Shown piece after piece: positions 20,019 to 30,605 of a stretch of DNA of 49,798 nucleotides. The stretch is taken from IMG/VR virus record IMGVR_UViG_2568526473_000003; one strand, written 5' to 3'. Both the position numbers and the translations under genes were made by a program. Position 1 is the first letter of the stretch, and the number at the start of each line of letters is the position of its first letter. The notes under the pieces are model-generated. The model saw only the letters and a list, made by a program, of their open reading frames with translations. It did no database searches and was not told the origin of the DNA. The DNA comes from a virus (Duplodnaviria > Heunggongvirae > Uroviricota > Caudoviricetes).

Positions 20019-20482
20019 GCAGAGTAACCGCGATTATCTCCGCTCTGATTATCTGCATCATCGTCTGCCTGTCATGGGCTGTTAATCATTACCGTGATAA
20101 CGCTATCGCCTACAAAGAGCAGCGCGACAAAAACGCCAGAGAGCTGAAGCAGGCGACCGCCACCATTACTGACATGCAGCAGCGCCAGCGTGCTGCTGAT
20201 GTACTCGATGCTAAATACACGAAGGAGTTAGCCAATGCGAAAGCTGAAAATGATGCTCTTCGGCGTAAGCTTGATAATGGTGGTCGGGTGCTCGTCAAAG
20301 GAAAATGCCCTGTGTCAGCCTCAGCCAAAACCTCCAGCTCCTCCGGCATGGGCAATGAGGCCACCGTCGAACTCTCTTCAGTTGCTGGACGAAACGTTCT
20401 CGGTATCCGGGACGGAATTATCCGTGACCAAACAGCACTGAGAACGCTTCAGGAGTACATCAGGACGCAATGCCTGAAATAA
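20015..20482 (+). CDS. Rz: Rz inner-membrane spanin (i-spanin), about 155 aa
   Basis: N-terminal TM segment ([16 protein letters not shown]) plus coiled-coil region; ATGA overlap with the endolysin stop. Confidence 0.85.
   Translation: MSRVTAIISALIICIIVCLSWAVNHYRDNAIAYKEQRDKNARELKQATATITDMQQRQRAADVLDAKYTKELANAKAENDALRRKLDNGGRVLVKGKCPVSASAKTSSSSGMGNEATVELSSVAGRNVLGIRDGIIRDQTALRTLQEYIRTQCLK
20235..20441 (+). CDS. Rz1: Rz1 outer-membrane lipoprotein spanin (o-spanin), embedded in Rz in the +1 frame
   Basis: Signal peptide with lipobox (VVGC) and proline-rich mature region, fully nested within Rz. Confidence 0.8.
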   Translation: MRKLKMMLFGVSLIMVVGCSSKENALCQPQPKPPAPPAWAMRPPSNSLQLLDETFSVSGTELSVTKQH

Positions 20483-20645
20483 ATTTTTTTGCAAATCACA
20501 AAGTCAATTTAATGAGCCTCGCGATGCGGGGCTTTTTTATGTCCGCAGTAAACGCGCATCTCACGCGCATATTAACGAGAGCCTTTCAGTAAGCGAGCCT
20601 GAGAAATGCCGTTATAGGTGGCGACCTCTCTCGGGCGGCTTTTCT

Positions 20646-21206
20646 GTGAGACAGGCTCACTTTCTAAAAGGTAAAGACGCTATGAATAATCATTCAGTTA
20701 TTCCAGCCTTCGACTTCCGAGAAATGGTGCAAGCCAAAAACGGAGAGGTCGTTACCACATCCAGAAAAATTGCCAAGTACTTCGGCAAGCGACACGGTGA
20801 TGTTCTCAGGAAAATCGAGCAGGTTAAGGCTGATTGCTCGCGTGAGTTTAGCCAACGCAATTTTGCGTCGGCTGATTATATCGATGAGCAGGGCAAGGTT
20901 CGCCCGATGTACAGCCTGACGAAAGATGGCTGGATCATGGTTGTGATGGGGTTCACCGGGAAAGCTGCTGCGGCAATCAAGGAGAGCTATATCGCAGCAT
21001 TCAACTGGATGGCAGAGCAACTGAGCCGCCGCATGGCAATTGGCGAAGAAATGCAGCACCGCTACGCCATCAAAGAAACACGCTCAAAGCTGAAAGGTAC
21101 GATCGGCAGTCGGTTAATGAACGAACGGAAGAGAGAGAAGCGTGTCCTGGCTGTCGAGCATGAATACATTTTGCAGGTGACACAGCCTGAACTGCTGATT
21201 AATTGA
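20646..21206 (+). CDS. Rha-family phage regulatory protein (start possibly 20682)
   Basis: Motif TSRKIAKYFGKRHGDVLRKIE typical of Rha-domain proteins. Confidence 0.6.
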   Translation: MRQAHFLKGKDAMNNHSVIPAFDFREMVQAKNGEVVTTSRKIAKYFGKRHGDVLRKIEQVKADCSREFSQRNFASADYIDEQGKVRPMYSLTKDGWIMVVMGFTGKAAAAIKESYIAAFNWMAEQLSRRMAIGEEMQHRYAIKETRSKLKGTIGSRLMNERKREKRVLAVEHEYILQVTQPELLIN

Positions 21207-21500
21207 AGATGTCATTACAAAGCCTATCTACGGGTGGGCTTGATAATGGCTTATACCCTGCACGGGATAACTTAACTGATATCCCTTTTAACGGATAAAG
21301 GTATTCAGGCCAGACACATCATGCGCTGTATCGTCGCCGTATTCCCGCATTAACCATGACCGTAGCCCGACGGGGAACTCCTCTGCGTGAGTGTGCGGGA
21401 ATAATCAAAAACGATGCACACCGGGTTTTACTGTGCTGACAGACGCAGGGTTACCCTCATAGTCGCTTTTCCGGTGCGATGGTGGAAGAAACCGGGATGT

Positions 21501-21695
21501 TCATCCATCATCACTTTGGATTGATGTATATGCTCTCTTTTCTGACGTTAGTCTCCGACGGCAGGCTTCAATGACCCAGGCTGAGAAATTCCCGGACCCT
21601 TTTTGCTCAAGAGCGATGTTAATTTGTTCAATCATTTGGTTAGGAAAGCGGATGTTGCGGGTTGTTGTTCTGCGGGTTCTGTTCTTCGTTGACAT
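21501..21695 (-). CDS. Small DUF3950-like prophage protein (YlcI-like), 64 aa
   Basis: Translation MSTKNRTRRTTTRNIRFPNQMIEQINIALEQKGSGNFSAWVIEACRRRL... resembles E. coli DLP12 YlcI by recollection. Confidence 0.5.
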   Translation of the reverse strand: MSTKNRTRRTTTRNIRFPNQMIEQINIALEQKGSGNFSAWVIEACRRRLTSEKRAYTSIQSDDG

Positions 21696-21892
21696 GAGGT
21701 TGCCCCGTATTCAGTGTCGCTGATTTGTATTGTCTGAAGTTGTTTTTACGTTAAGTTGATGCAGATCAATTAATACGATACCTGCGTCATAATTGATTAT
21801 TTGACGTGGTTTGATGGCGTAGATGCACGTTGTGACATGTAGATGATAATTATTATCATTTTGCGGGTCCTTTCCGGCGATCCGACAGGTTA

Positions 21893-21904
21893 CGGGGCGG
21901 CGAC
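21893..21904 (+). other. cos: cosN cohesive-end site (GGGCGGCGACCT); cosB follows before Nu1
   Basis: Exact lambda 12-nt cohesive end followed by CGCGGGTTTTCGCTATTTATGAAAATTTTCCGG, about 190 nt upstream of the Nu1 start. Confidence 0.9.
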
Positions 21905-22089
21905 CTCGCGGGTTTTCGCTATTTATGAAAATTTTCCGGGAACCATGTCCGGTTTCTCTTCAAGTTAACTATATGAAAAATATAAAAACAGGTCTTCTGT
22001 GAACCGGACATGCACAAAAAATAGATATGTAAACCGGACATGACCGGTTTTGTTGTGATTGTGAGGTGAGAGTTTTTGCGAGGTGAGGA

Positions 22090-22599
22090 GTGGCTACGCA
22101 GACTGAAGTTGCCAGGCATTTAAGTCTGACCGATCGCCAGCTTCGCAGATTGCAGAAATTGCCGGGTGCCCCGATATCAAATAAGCGAGGGCAACTGGAT
22201 CTGGATGCCTGGCGCGATTTTTACATATCGTATCTGAGGAGAAGTAAAAACGATGTGCCTGATGGCGATAGCGAAGACGACTATGAGGAAAAATTGCTTA
22301 TTGCCAGATGGGAACTGACAGCAGAACAGGCTGTTACACAGCAGTTAAAAAATGAGGTGTCAAAAGGAAAACTTATTGACACCGGGTTCTGTATTTTTGC
22401 CCTCAGTAAGCTGGCAATGGCGTTATCCAGTACGCTTGATTCCATCCCTTTATCCATGCAACGACAGTTTCCTGATTTAACACCGCGCCATCTTGACCAT
22501 CTGAAAACCCTTATTGCGAAGGGGGCAAATCAGTGTGCGCGGGCGGGGGATAAATTACCGGATTTACTCGATGAATATATCAGAGCAACAACTGAATAA
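22090..22599 (+). CDS. nu1: Terminase small subunit (Nu1-like), GTG start
   Basis: Position after cos; N-terminal helix-turn-helix region; overlaps the terminase large subunit start as in lambda. Confidence 0.8.
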   Translation: MATQTEVARHLSLTDRQLRRLQKLPGAPISNKRGQLDLDAWRDFYISYLRRSKNDVPDGDSEDDYEEKLLIARWELTAEQAVTQQLKNEVSKGKLIDTGFCIFALSKLAMALSSTLDSIPLSMQRQFPDLTPRHLDHLKTLIAKGANQCARAGDKLPDLLDEYIRATTE

Positions 22600-24499
22600 T
22601 ATGATGAGTGCTGTCACAACAGCATTACAGCCCCTGATAAGGGCATTGCCGGTGACGCCAGTTGAATGGGCTGATCAAAATTATTATCTGCCTAAAGAAT
22701 CTTCATATGGTGAGGGAGAATGGAAAACGCTGCCATTCCAGATCGCCATTATGAACTGTATGGGTAACGACCAGGTTCGCACGGTTAACCTGATTAAATC
22801 TGCCCGTGTTGGCTATACAAAGATGTTGCTGGGGGTGATCGGGTATTTTATTGAGCATAAATCCCGAAACAGTCTGCTTTTTCAGCCCACGGATTCTGCC
22901 GCTGAAGATTTTATGAAGTCTCACGTGGAGGCGACGATTAGGGACGTGCCATGCCTGAAAGACCTTTCCCCATGGCTGGGTCGTAAACATCGTGACAATA
23001 CTCTCACGCTGAAACGCTTTTCATCGGGTGTGGGCTTCTGGTGCCTGGGCGGCGCTGCCGCCAAAAACTACCGTGAAAAATCCGTGGACGTGGTCTGCTA
23101 TGACGAGCTTTCCTCGTTCGAGCCGGATGTCGAAAAAGAGGGCTCGCCAACCCTGCTGGGGGATAAGCGTATTGAGGGCTCTGTATGGCCAAAATCCATT
23201 CGCGGCTCGACGCCTAAAATCAAAGGCACCTGTCAGATCGAAAAAGCGGCTAACGAGTCGGCGCATTTCATGCGTTTTTATGTGCCCTGCCCGCACTGTG
23301 GGGAGGCGCAGTATCTGAAATTTGGCGATGAGTCCACGCCTTTTGGGCTTAAATGGGAGAAGGACAGTCCCGAAAGCGTTTTCTACCTCTGTGAACATCA
23401 TGGCTGCGTGATCCATCAGTCTGAACTGGACCAGAGCAACGGGCGGTGGATCTGTGAAAACACGGGCATGTGGACCCGTGACGGTCTGACGTTTTTCAGC
23501 GCTGCGGGTAATGAAATTCCGCCGCCGCGCTCCATCACGTTCCATATCTGGACGGCGTACAGTCCGTTCACCACCTGGGTACAGATAGTCTATGACTGGC
23601 TGGATGCACTGAAAGATCCCAACGGCCTGAAAACCTTTGTGAACACCACGCTGGGCGAGACCTGGGAAGAGGCTGTGGGCGAAAAACTCGATCACCAGGT
23701 TCTGATGGATAAGGTCGTGCATTACACGGCGGCGGTACCTGCCCGGGTGGTTTATCTGACGGCGGGCATTGACTCGCAGCGAAACCGTTTTGAGATGTAT
23801 GTCTGGGGATGGGCTCCGGGAGAGGAAGCCTTTCTGGTGGATAAAATCATCATTATGGGGCGTCCTGATGAGGAAGAGACGCTGTTACGTGTGGATGCGG
23901 TGATCAACAAAAAATACCACCATGCGGATGGTACCGAAATGACCATTTCCCGTGTCTGCTGGGATACCGGGGGGATCGATGGCGAAATCGTTTATCAGAG
24001 GTCAAAAAAACACGGTGTTTTCCGGGTGCTGCCGGTAAAAGGCGCATCTGTCTATGGCAAGCCGGTGATCACCATGCCAAAAACCCGCAATCAGCGGGGC
24101 GTGTATCTGTGTGAAGTGGGGACAGATACCGCAAAAGAAATTCTCTATGCCCGTATGAAAGCCGATCCCGCGCCTGCGGATGAATCCACGTCGTATGCCA
24201 TCCGTTTTCCTGATGATCCGGAGATTTTTTCGCAGACAGAGGCGCAGCAACTGGTCGCGGAAGAGCTGGTGGAGAAGTGGGAAAAAGGAAAGATGCGTCT
24301 GCTGTGGGATAACAAAAAGCGGCGTAACGAAGCGCTGGACTGCCTGGTGTATGCCTACGCGGCATTACGTGTGTCCGTGCAACGCTGGCAGCTTGATCTG
24401 GCTGTACTGGCAAAATCCCGGGAAGAAGAGACGACCCGGCCAACCCTGAAAGAACTGGCAGCGAAGCTGTCCGGAGGAGTGAATGGTTACCGTCGCTGA
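22571..24499 (+). CDS. A: Terminase large subunit (gpA-like), about 642 aa
   Basis: Clear similarity to lambda gpA throughout (for example KSARVGYTKMLLGV, FWCLGGAAAKNYREKSVDV, ICWDTGGID) but with many substitutions. Confidence 0.93.
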   Translation: MNISEQQLNNMMSAVTTALQPLIRALPVTPVEWADQNYYLPKESSYGEGEWKTLPFQIAIMNCMGNDQVRTVNLIKSARVGYTKMLLGVIGYFIEHKSRNSLLFQPTDSAAEDFMKSHVEATIRDVPCLKDLSPWLGRKHRDNTLTLKRFSSGVGFWCLGGAAAKNYREKSVDVVCYDELSSFEPDVEKEGSPTLLGDKRIEGSVWPKSIRGSTPKIKGTCQIEKAANESAHFMRFYVPCPHCGEAQYLKFGDESTPFGLKWEKDSPESVFYLCEHHGCVIHQSELDQSNGRWICENTGMWTRDGLTFFSAAGNEIPPPRSITFHIWTAYSPFTTWVQIVYDWLDALKDPNGLKTFVNTTLGETWEEAVGEKLDHQVLMDKVVHYTAAVPARVVYLTAGIDSQRNRFEMYVWGWAPGEEAFLVDKIIIMGRPDEEETLLRVDAVINKKYHHADGTEMTISRVCWDTGGIDGEIVYQRSKKHGVFRVLPVKGASVYGKPVITMPKTRNQRGVYLCEVGTDTAKEILYARMKADPAPADESTSYAIRFPDDPEIFSQTEAQQLVAEELVEKWEKGKMRLLWDNKKRRNEALDCLVYAYAALRVSVQRWQLDLAVLAKSREEETTRPTLKELAAKLSGGVNGYRR

Positions 24500-24689
24500 A
24501 CTGCAGGCGCTGCGTCAGGCGCGCCTTGATTTATTAACCGGTAAACGGGTGGTGTCTGTCCAGAAAGATGGACGAAGAATTGAATATACGGCGGCCTCTC
24601 TGGATGATCTTAACCGGGCGATCAATGATGCGGAGTCAGTGCTGGGGACAACAAGCCGCCGCCGTCGTCCGCTGGGAGTGAGGTTATGA
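24483..24689 (+). CDS. W: Head-tail joining protein W, 68 aa
   Basis: Size and motifs (LTGKRVVSVQKDGRRIEYTAASL) match lambda gpW. Confidence 0.85.
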   Translation: MVTVAELQALRQARLDLLTGKRVVSVQKDGRRIEYTAASLDDLNRAINDAESVLGTTSRRRRPLGVRL

Positions 24690-26278
24690 AACGAACGCCT
24701 GTCCTGATTGATGTGAACGGTGTTCCGCTTCGGGAGAGCCTCAGCTACAACGGGGGCGGTGCAGGATTTGGCGGGCAAATGGCGGAGTGGTTGCCACCGG
24801 CGCAGAGTGCCGATGCGGCCCTGTTGCCCGCGTTGCGTCTGGGCAATGCCCGTGCAGATGATCTGGTGCGCAATAACGGGATAGCGGCCAATGCGGTGGC
24901 ACTGCATAAGGATCATATTGTCGGGCATATGTTTCTGATCAGCTACCGTCCGAACTGGCGCTGGCTGGGGATGCGGGAGACTGCAGCAAAAAGTTTTGTC
25001 GATGAGGTGGAGGCGGCCTGGTCGGAATACGCCGAAGGGATGTCTGGCGAGATCGACGTGGAAGGGAAACGCACGTTTACGGAATTTATCCGTGAAGGTG
25101 TGGGCGTTCATGCGTTTAACGGCGAAATCTTTGTGCAGCCGGTCTGGGATACGGAGAGCACGCAACTGTTTCGTACGCGTTTTAAAGCCGTGAGTCCGAA
25201 ACGGGTGGACACGCCAGGACACGGTATGGGGAACCGTTTTCTGCGGGCCGGGGTGGAGGTCGATCGATATGGCCGTGCCGTTGCGTACCATATCTGTGAG
25301 GATGATTTTCCGTTCTCTGGTAGTGGACGATGGGAACGGATCCCGCGTGAACTACCCACCGGGCGTCCGGCCATGCTGCATATTTTCGAGCCGGTGGAGG
25401 ACGGGCAGACCCGCGGGGCTAATCAGTTTTACAGCGTCATGGAACGGCTGAAGATGCTGGATTCCCTGCAGGCAACACAGCTTCAGTCGGCCATTGTGAA
25501 AGCCATGTATGCAGCGACGATTGAAAGTGAACTTGATACCGAAAAGGCCTTTGAATATATCGCCGGTGCGCCGCAGGGGCAGAAGGATAATCCGCTTATT
25601 AATATTCTGGAGAAGTTCTCCAGCTGGTATGACACGAATAACGTGACGCTGGGCGGTGTCAAAATTCCGCACCTTTTCCCCGGTGATGATCTGAAACTGC
25701 AGACTGCGCAGGATTCAGACAATGGATTTTCGGCGCTTGAACAGGCGCTGCTGCGGTATATCGCCGCCGGTCTTGGCGTTTCCTACGAACAGTTGTCCCG
25801 GGATTACTCGAAGGTCAGTTATTCAAGTGCCCGCGCCTCCGCCAATGAGTCGTGGCGCTATTTTATGGGACGACGAAAATTTATTGCGTCCCGGCTGGCC
25901 ACGCAGATGTTTTCCTGCTGGCTGGAAGAGGCACTTCTTCGGGGGATTATTCGTCCGCCACGGGCGCGTTTTGATTTTTATCAGGCGCGATCAGCCTGGT
26001 CACGGGCTGAGTGGATTGGAGCCGGAAGAATGGCCATTGACGGGCTCAAGGAAGTCCAGGAATCAGTGATGCGCATTGAGGCCGGACTGAGCACGTATGA
26101 GAAAGAGCTGGCGCTGATGGGCGAGGATTATCAGGACATTTTCCGCCAGCAGGTCAGGGAATCTGCTGAGCGACAAAAAGCCGGACTCTCACGTCCGGTG
26201 TGGATAGCGCAGGCGTATGAGCAGCAGATAGCGGAGAGTCGCAGGCCGGAAGAGGAGACAACACCACGTGAGACGTAA
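24686..26278 (+). CDS. B: Portal protein (gpB-like), 530 aa
   Basis: Size and synteny with lambda gpB. Confidence 0.88.
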   Translation: MKRTPVLIDVNGVPLRESLSYNGGGAGFGGQMAEWLPPAQSADAALLPALRLGNARADDLVRNNGIAANAVALHKDHIVGHMFLISYRPNWRWLGMRETAAKSFVDEVEAAWSEYAEGMSGEIDVEGKRTFTEFIREGVGVHAFNGEIFVQPVWDTESTQLFRTRFKAVSPKRVDTPGHGMGNRFLRAGVEVDRYGRAVAYHICEDDFPFSGSGRWERIPRELPTGRPAMLHIFEPVEDGQTRGANQFYSVMERLKMLDSLQATQLQSAIVKAMYAATIESELDTEKAFEYIAGAPQGQKDNPLINILEKFSSWYDTNNVTLGGVKIPHLFPGDDLKLQTAQDSDNGFSALEQALLRYIAAGLGVSYEQLSRDYSKVSYSSARASANESWRYFMGRRKFIASRLATQMFSCWLEEALLRGIIRPPRARFDFYQARSAWSRAEWIGAGRMAIDGLKEVQESVMRIEAGLSTYEKELALMGEDYQDIFRQQVRESAERQKAGLSRPVWIAQAYEQQIAESRRPEEETTPRET

Positions 26279-27773
26279 TCTTTCACACATTATTGCCGCA
26301 GCATTCAATGAACCGCTGCTTCTGGAGCCCGCCTATGCGCGGGTTTTCTTTTGCGCGCTCGGGCGCGAGATGGGGGCATCAAGTCTTTCGGTACCACAAC
26401 AGCAGGTACAGTTTGATGCTCCCGGAATGCTGGCTGAAACGGACGAGTACATGGCCGGAGGTAAACGACCGGCCCGTGTTTACAGGGTGGTGAACGGTAT
26501 TGCTGTACTGCCGGTGACCGGCACGCTGGTGCACCGGCTGGGTGGTATGCGGCCATTTTCCGGAATGACAGGCTATGACTGTATTGTCGCCTGTCTTCAG
26601 CAGGCAATGGCGGATAGCCAGGTGCGGGGCGTACTGCTGGACATTGACAGTCCGGGCGGGCAGGCCGCCGGCGCGTTTGACTGCGCTGACATGATTTACC
26701 GCCTCCGTCAGCAGAAGCCGGTCTGGGCACTGTGCAATGACACGGCCTGCTCTGCAGCCATGCTGCTGGCGTCGGCCTGCTCCCGACGGCTGGTTACCCA
26801 GACATCCCGTATCGGCTCCATTGGCGTGATGATGAGCCATGTCAGCTATGCCGGTCATCTGGCGCAGGCCGGTGTTGATATCACGCTGATTTACTCAGGG
26901 GCGCACAAGGTGGATGGCAATCAGTTTGAAGCGTTGCCGGCAGAGGTTCGCCAGGACATGCAACAGCGCATTGATGCGGCGCGCCGGATGTTTGCTGAAA
27001 AAGTGGCGATGTATACCGGTCTGTCTGTTGATGCTGTCACGGGAACAGAGGCCGCCGTTTTTGAAGGTCAGTCCGGCATTGAGGCCGGGCTGGCGGATGA
27101 ATTAATCAATGCGTCGGATGCCATCAGTGTGATGGCCACGGCGCTGAACAGTAATGTCAGAGGAGGCACTATGCCGCAATTAACTGCAACGGAAGCCGCC
27201 GCGCAGGAGAACCAGCGAGTGATGGGGATCCTGACATGCCAGGAAGCGAAAGGACGTGAACAGCTTGCCACGATGCTGGCAGGACAACAGGGCATGAGCG
27301 TTGAACAGGCCCGGGCGATTCTGGCCGCGGCGGCACCACAGCAGCCGGTGGCATCCGCGCAGAGTGAAGCCGATCGCATTATGGCGTGTGAAGAAGCGAA
27401 AGGTCGTGAACAACTGGCGGCAACGCTGGCGGCGATGCCGGAGATGACGGTGGAAAAAGCCCGCCCGATCCTGGCTGCTTCACCGCAGGCGGATGCCGGA
27501 CCCTCACTCCGTGATCAGATCATGGCACTGGATGAGGCAAAAGGGGCTGAGGCGCAGGCTCAACAGCTGGCTGCCTGCCCGGGAATGACTGTGGAGAGCG
27601 CCCGGGCTGTGCTGGCTGCGGGATCAGGTAAGGCAGAACCGGTCTCTGCATCCACAACCGCCATGTTTGAACGCATCATGGCGAACCATTCACCGGCAGC
27701 GGTACAGGGTGGCGTGCCACAGACGTCAGCAGACGGTGATGCGGACGTGAAAATGCTCATGGCCATGCCATGA
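26268..27773 (+). CDS. C: Head maturation protease with nested scaffold (gpC/Nu3-like), 501 aa; C-terminal region has three or more tandem repeats of about 45 aa
   Basis: ClpP/S49-like protease core (GVLLDIDSPGG, VTQTSRIGSIGVMM) similar to lambda gpC; repeated EAKGREQLA...M(S/T)VE.AR.ILAA segments. Confidence 0.88.
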   Translation: MRRNLSHIIAAAFNEPLLLEPAYARVFFCALGREMGASSLSVPQQQVQFDAPGMLAETDEYMAGGKRPARVYRVVNGIAVLPVTGTLVHRLGGMRPFSGMTGYDCIVACLQQAMADSQVRGVLLDIDSPGGQAAGAFDCADMIYRLRQQKPVWALCNDTACSAAMLLASACSRRLVTQTSRIGSIGVMMSHVSYAGHLAQAGVDITLIYSGAHKVDGNQFEALPAEVRQDMQQRIDAARRMFAEKVAMYTGLSVDAVTGTEAAVFEGQSGIEAGLADELINASDAISVMATALNSNVRGGTMPQLTATEAAAQENQRVMGILTCQEAKGREQLATMLAGQQGMSVEQARAILAAAAPQQPVASAQSEADRIMACEEAKGREQLAATLAAMPEMTVEKARPILAASPQADAGPSLRDQIMALDEAKGAEAQAQQLAACPGMTVESARAVLAAGSGKAEPVSASTTAMFERIMANHSPAAVQGGVPQTSADGDADVKMLMAMP

Positions 27774-27809
27774 AGCCAGTGCTGACCATCAACAGGAGGT
27801 TTTTACAAT

Positions 27810-28157
27810 ATGGTGACGAAAACTATCACTGAACAGCGTGCGGAAGTACGTATTTTTGCCGGTAATGATCCGGCTCATACCGCCACAGGCAGCAGCGGGA
27901 TTTCCTCGGCAACACCGGCACTGACGCCCCTGATGCTGGATGAGGCCACCGGGAAACTGGTGGTCTGGGACGGACAAAAAGCCGGTAGTGCGGTTGGCAT
28001 ACTGGTACTGCCGCTTGAAGGCACAGAGACGGTGCTGACCTATTACAAGTCGGGGACCTTTGCGACGGAGGCAATCCGCTGGCCTGAAAGTGTGGATGAA
28101 CACAAAAAGGCCAACGCCTTTGCCGGCAGTGCCCTGAGTCACGCGGCGCTGCCGTAA
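27810..28157 (+). CDS. D: Head decoration protein (gpD-like), 115 aa
   Basis: Motifs NDPAHTAT, TPLMLD, WDG, TYYKSGTF, FAG shared with lambda gpD. Confidence 0.88.
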   Translation: MVTKTITEQRAEVRIFAGNDPAHTATGSSGISSATPALTPLMLDEATGKLVVWDGQKAGSAVGILVLPLEGTETVLTYYKSGTFATEAIRWPESVDEHKKANAFAGSALSHAALP

Positions 28158-28214
28158 CACGTTATCAGGCCACCGCGGTGGCCTGACTGATTTCTGAATG
28201 AAAGGAACTGATTT

Positions 28215-29243
28215 ATGGGATTGTTTACGACCCGCCAGTTACTCGGTTATACCGAACAAAAAGTGAAATTTCGTGCGCTGTTTCTGGAGCTGTTTTTCCG
28301 CCGTACGGTGAATTTCCATACCGAAGAGGTGATGCTGGACAAAATTACCGGAAAAACGCCGGTGGCGGCCTATGTTTCCCCGGTTGTTGAAGGAAAAGTG
28401 CTGCGTCATCGTGGTGGTGAAACCCGCGTGTTACGTCCGGGCTACGTCAAGCCGAAACACGAATTTAATTACCAGCAGGCGGTTGAGCGTCTTCCCGGTG
28501 AAGATCCGGCTCAGCTGAACGACCCGGCCTACCGTCGTCTGCGTATCATCACTGATAACCTCAAACAGGAAGAGCACGCCATTGTCCAGGTGGAAGAAAT
28601 GCAGGCGGTGAATGCCGTGCTGTATGGCAAATACACGATGGAAGGAGACCAGTTCGAGAAAATTGAGGTCGATTTTGGCAGGTCGACGAAGAATAACATC
28701 ACTCAGGGTAGTGGTAAGGAGTGGTCAAAACAGGATCGTGACACGTTCGATCCTACACATGATCTTGACCTCTACTGCGACCAGGCCAGCGGTCTTGTGA
28801 ATATTGCCATTATGGACGGTACCGTCTGGCGTCTGCTGAATGGCTTTAAATTGTTCCGCGAAAAACTGGATACCCGTCGCGGCTCTAATTCGCAACTCGA
28901 AACAGCGGTGAAAGACCTGGGCGCGGTGGTGTCCTTCAAAGGGTATTACGGCGATCTGGCCATTGTGGTGGCAAAAACGTCTTATGTGGCAGAGGACGGT
29001 ACCGAAAAACGTTATCTGCCTGAGGGCTCGCTGGTCCTGGGGAATACGGCAGCAGAGGGCATTCGTTGCTATGGTGCCATTCAGGATGCGCAGGCGTTGT
29101 CCGAAGGTGTGGTGGCCTCTTCCCGTTATCCGAAACACTGGCTGACGGTAGGGGATCCCGCCCGTGAATTTACCATGACGCAGTCCGCGCCGCTGATGGT
29201 GTTGCCGGACCCGGATGAGTTTGTGGTGGTACAGGTGAAATAA
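28215..29243 (+). CDS. E: Major capsid protein (gpE-like), 342 aa
   Basis: Extensive similarity to lambda gpE (for example KLDTRRGSNSQLETAVKDLG, DPAREFTMTQSAPLM). Confidence 0.93.
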   Translation: MGLFTTRQLLGYTEQKVKFRALFLELFFRRTVNFHTEEVMLDKITGKTPVAAYVSPVVEGKVLRHRGGETRVLRPGYVKPKHEFNYQQAVERLPGEDPAQLNDPAYRRLRIITDNLKQEEHAIVQVEEMQAVNAVLYGKYTMEGDQFEKIEVDFGRSTKNNITQGSGKEWSKQDRDTFDPTHDLDLYCDQASGLVNIAIMDGTVWRLLNGFKLFREKLDTRRGSNSQLETAVKDLGAVVSFKGYYGDLAIVVAKTSYVAEDGTEKRYLPEGSLVLGNTAAEGIRCYGAIQDAQALSEGVVASSRYPKHWLTVGDPAREFTMTQSAPLMVLPDPDEFVVVQVK

Positions 29244-29294
29244 TCCGTGAGCGGGGGCGAAATTCCCCCGTGTCTTTTTTCACAGGGGGATGAT

Positions 29295-29669
29295 ATGGCA
29301 ACGAAAGAGCAAAATCTGAAACGGCTTGATGAACTGGCCCTGATTCTGGGGCGTGAGCCGGATATATCCGGGAGTGCCGCAGAGATAGCGCAGCGGGTGG
29401 CAGAATGGGAAGAGGAAATGCAGTCATCCGGCGATGATGTACAGGTTATGAATATGGATATCCGGGAGAGGGAAAACGCGGCTCATGATGTTCGTGAGGA
29501 AACATCCGGCGCGTTAACGCGCATCAGAGTTCTGACCTGCCTCCATCTCTGTGGCGTTGATGGTGAAACGGGGGAATCCGTTGAGCTTGCGGATGTTGGT
29601 CGGGTGATTCTGATTATGTCCTCAGATGCAAAAACACACGTTGATGGTGGAATGGCTGTTTATGCGTGA
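29295..29669 (+). CDS. FI: DNA packaging protein FI-like
   Basis: Position between E and FII; acidic protein of lambda FI size. Confidence 0.65.
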   Translation: MATKEQNLKRLDELALILGREPDISGSAAEIAQRVAEWEEEMQSSGDDVQVMNMDIRERENAAHDVREETSGALTRIRVLTCLHLCGVDGETGESVELADVGRVILIMSSDAKTHVDGGMAVYA

Positions 29670-30015
29670 TTTTCAGAATGCCTTTGATGCCGCCCTTGCC
29701 GGGGTGGACAGTACGATTGTTGAAGTGATGGGCATCAGTGCGCAGTTCACCTCCGGTGCACAGCGTGGCGGCGAAGTTCAGGGGGTTTTTGACGATCCGG
29801 AGTCGCTGGGTTTTGCCAGTAGTGGGATCCGTATTGAAGGAAGCAGCCCGTCATTATTTGTGCGGACGGATACGGTTCGTGCCGTGCGGCGTGGTGACAC
29901 GTTGACCATTAATGGTGAGACGTTCTGGGTGGATCGTGTTTCTCCGGATGACGGGGGCAGTTGTTATCTCTGGCTGAACCGTGGGCAACCACCCGCAGTT
30001 AACCGGCGACGATAA
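29662..30015 (+). CDS. FII: Head-tail connector FII-like, 117 aa
   Basis: C-terminal sequence VDRVSPDDGGSCYLWLNRGQPPAVNRRR matches lambda gpFII. Confidence 0.88.
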   Translation: MRDFQNAFDAALAGVDSTIVEVMGISAQFTSGAQRGGEVQGVFDDPESLGFASSGIRIEGSSPSLFVRTDTVRAVRRGDTLTINGETFWVDRVSPDDGGSCYLWLNRGQPPAVNRRR

Positions 30016-30029
30016 ACGCAGGGTGAATT

Positions 30030-30605
30030 ATGGCGATAAAAGGGCTTGATCAGGCGATTGAAAATCTGAGCCGGGTTCGTAAAAACGCTATTCCGTCGGC
30101 TTCAGCAATGGCTATTAACCGCGTGGCTACAACGGCGATTAATCAGTCTTCATCACAGGTTGCCCGGGAGACCAGGGTGAGCCGGAAACTGGTAAAGGAA
30201 CGGTCCAGACTGAAACGGGCGACGGTCAGAAATCCGAATGCCAAAATTATCGTTAACCGCGGTGATCTCCCTGCTATTAAGCTGGGGATCAGGATGCTTG
30301 GTCATCGTCCGAACAGCATACTTAAAGCCGGTCAGCATCGTTATCAGCGGGCATTCATCCAGCGATTAAATAATGGGCGCTGGCATGTTATGCAACGTTT
30401 GCCAGAAGCCCGGTATGCGAAGGGCAATGACGATAAAGGAAGGAAAAAGCGTAATCGTCTTCCCATTCAGGTGGTTAAAATTCCGATGGCGGCCCCACTG
30501 AAGCAGGCTTTTGATGAGAACGTTAACCGTATCCGGCGAGAACGTCTGCCAAAAGAACTGGGCTATGCGTTGAAACAACAACTAAGGATTGTGATAAAGC
30601 GATGA
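30030..30605 (+). CDS. Z: Tail completion protein Z-like, 191 aa
   Basis: Size and synteny with lambda gpZ. Confidence 0.8.
   Translation: MAIKGLDQAIENLSRVRKNAIPSASAMAINRVATTAINQSSSQVARETRVSRKLVKERSRLKRATVRNPNAKIIVNRGDLPAIKLGIRMLGHRPNSILKAGQHRYQRAFIQRLNNGRWHVMQRLPEARYAKGNDDKGRKKRNRLPIQVVKIPMAAPLKQAFDENVNRIRRERLPKELGYALKQQLRIVIKR

Noticed and set aside
23021-23722. 233-aa minus-strand ORF inside the terminase large subunit gene
   Set aside because: Antisense to the terminase gene, which has clear lambda gpA homology; arginine-rich translation typical of wrong-strand reading.
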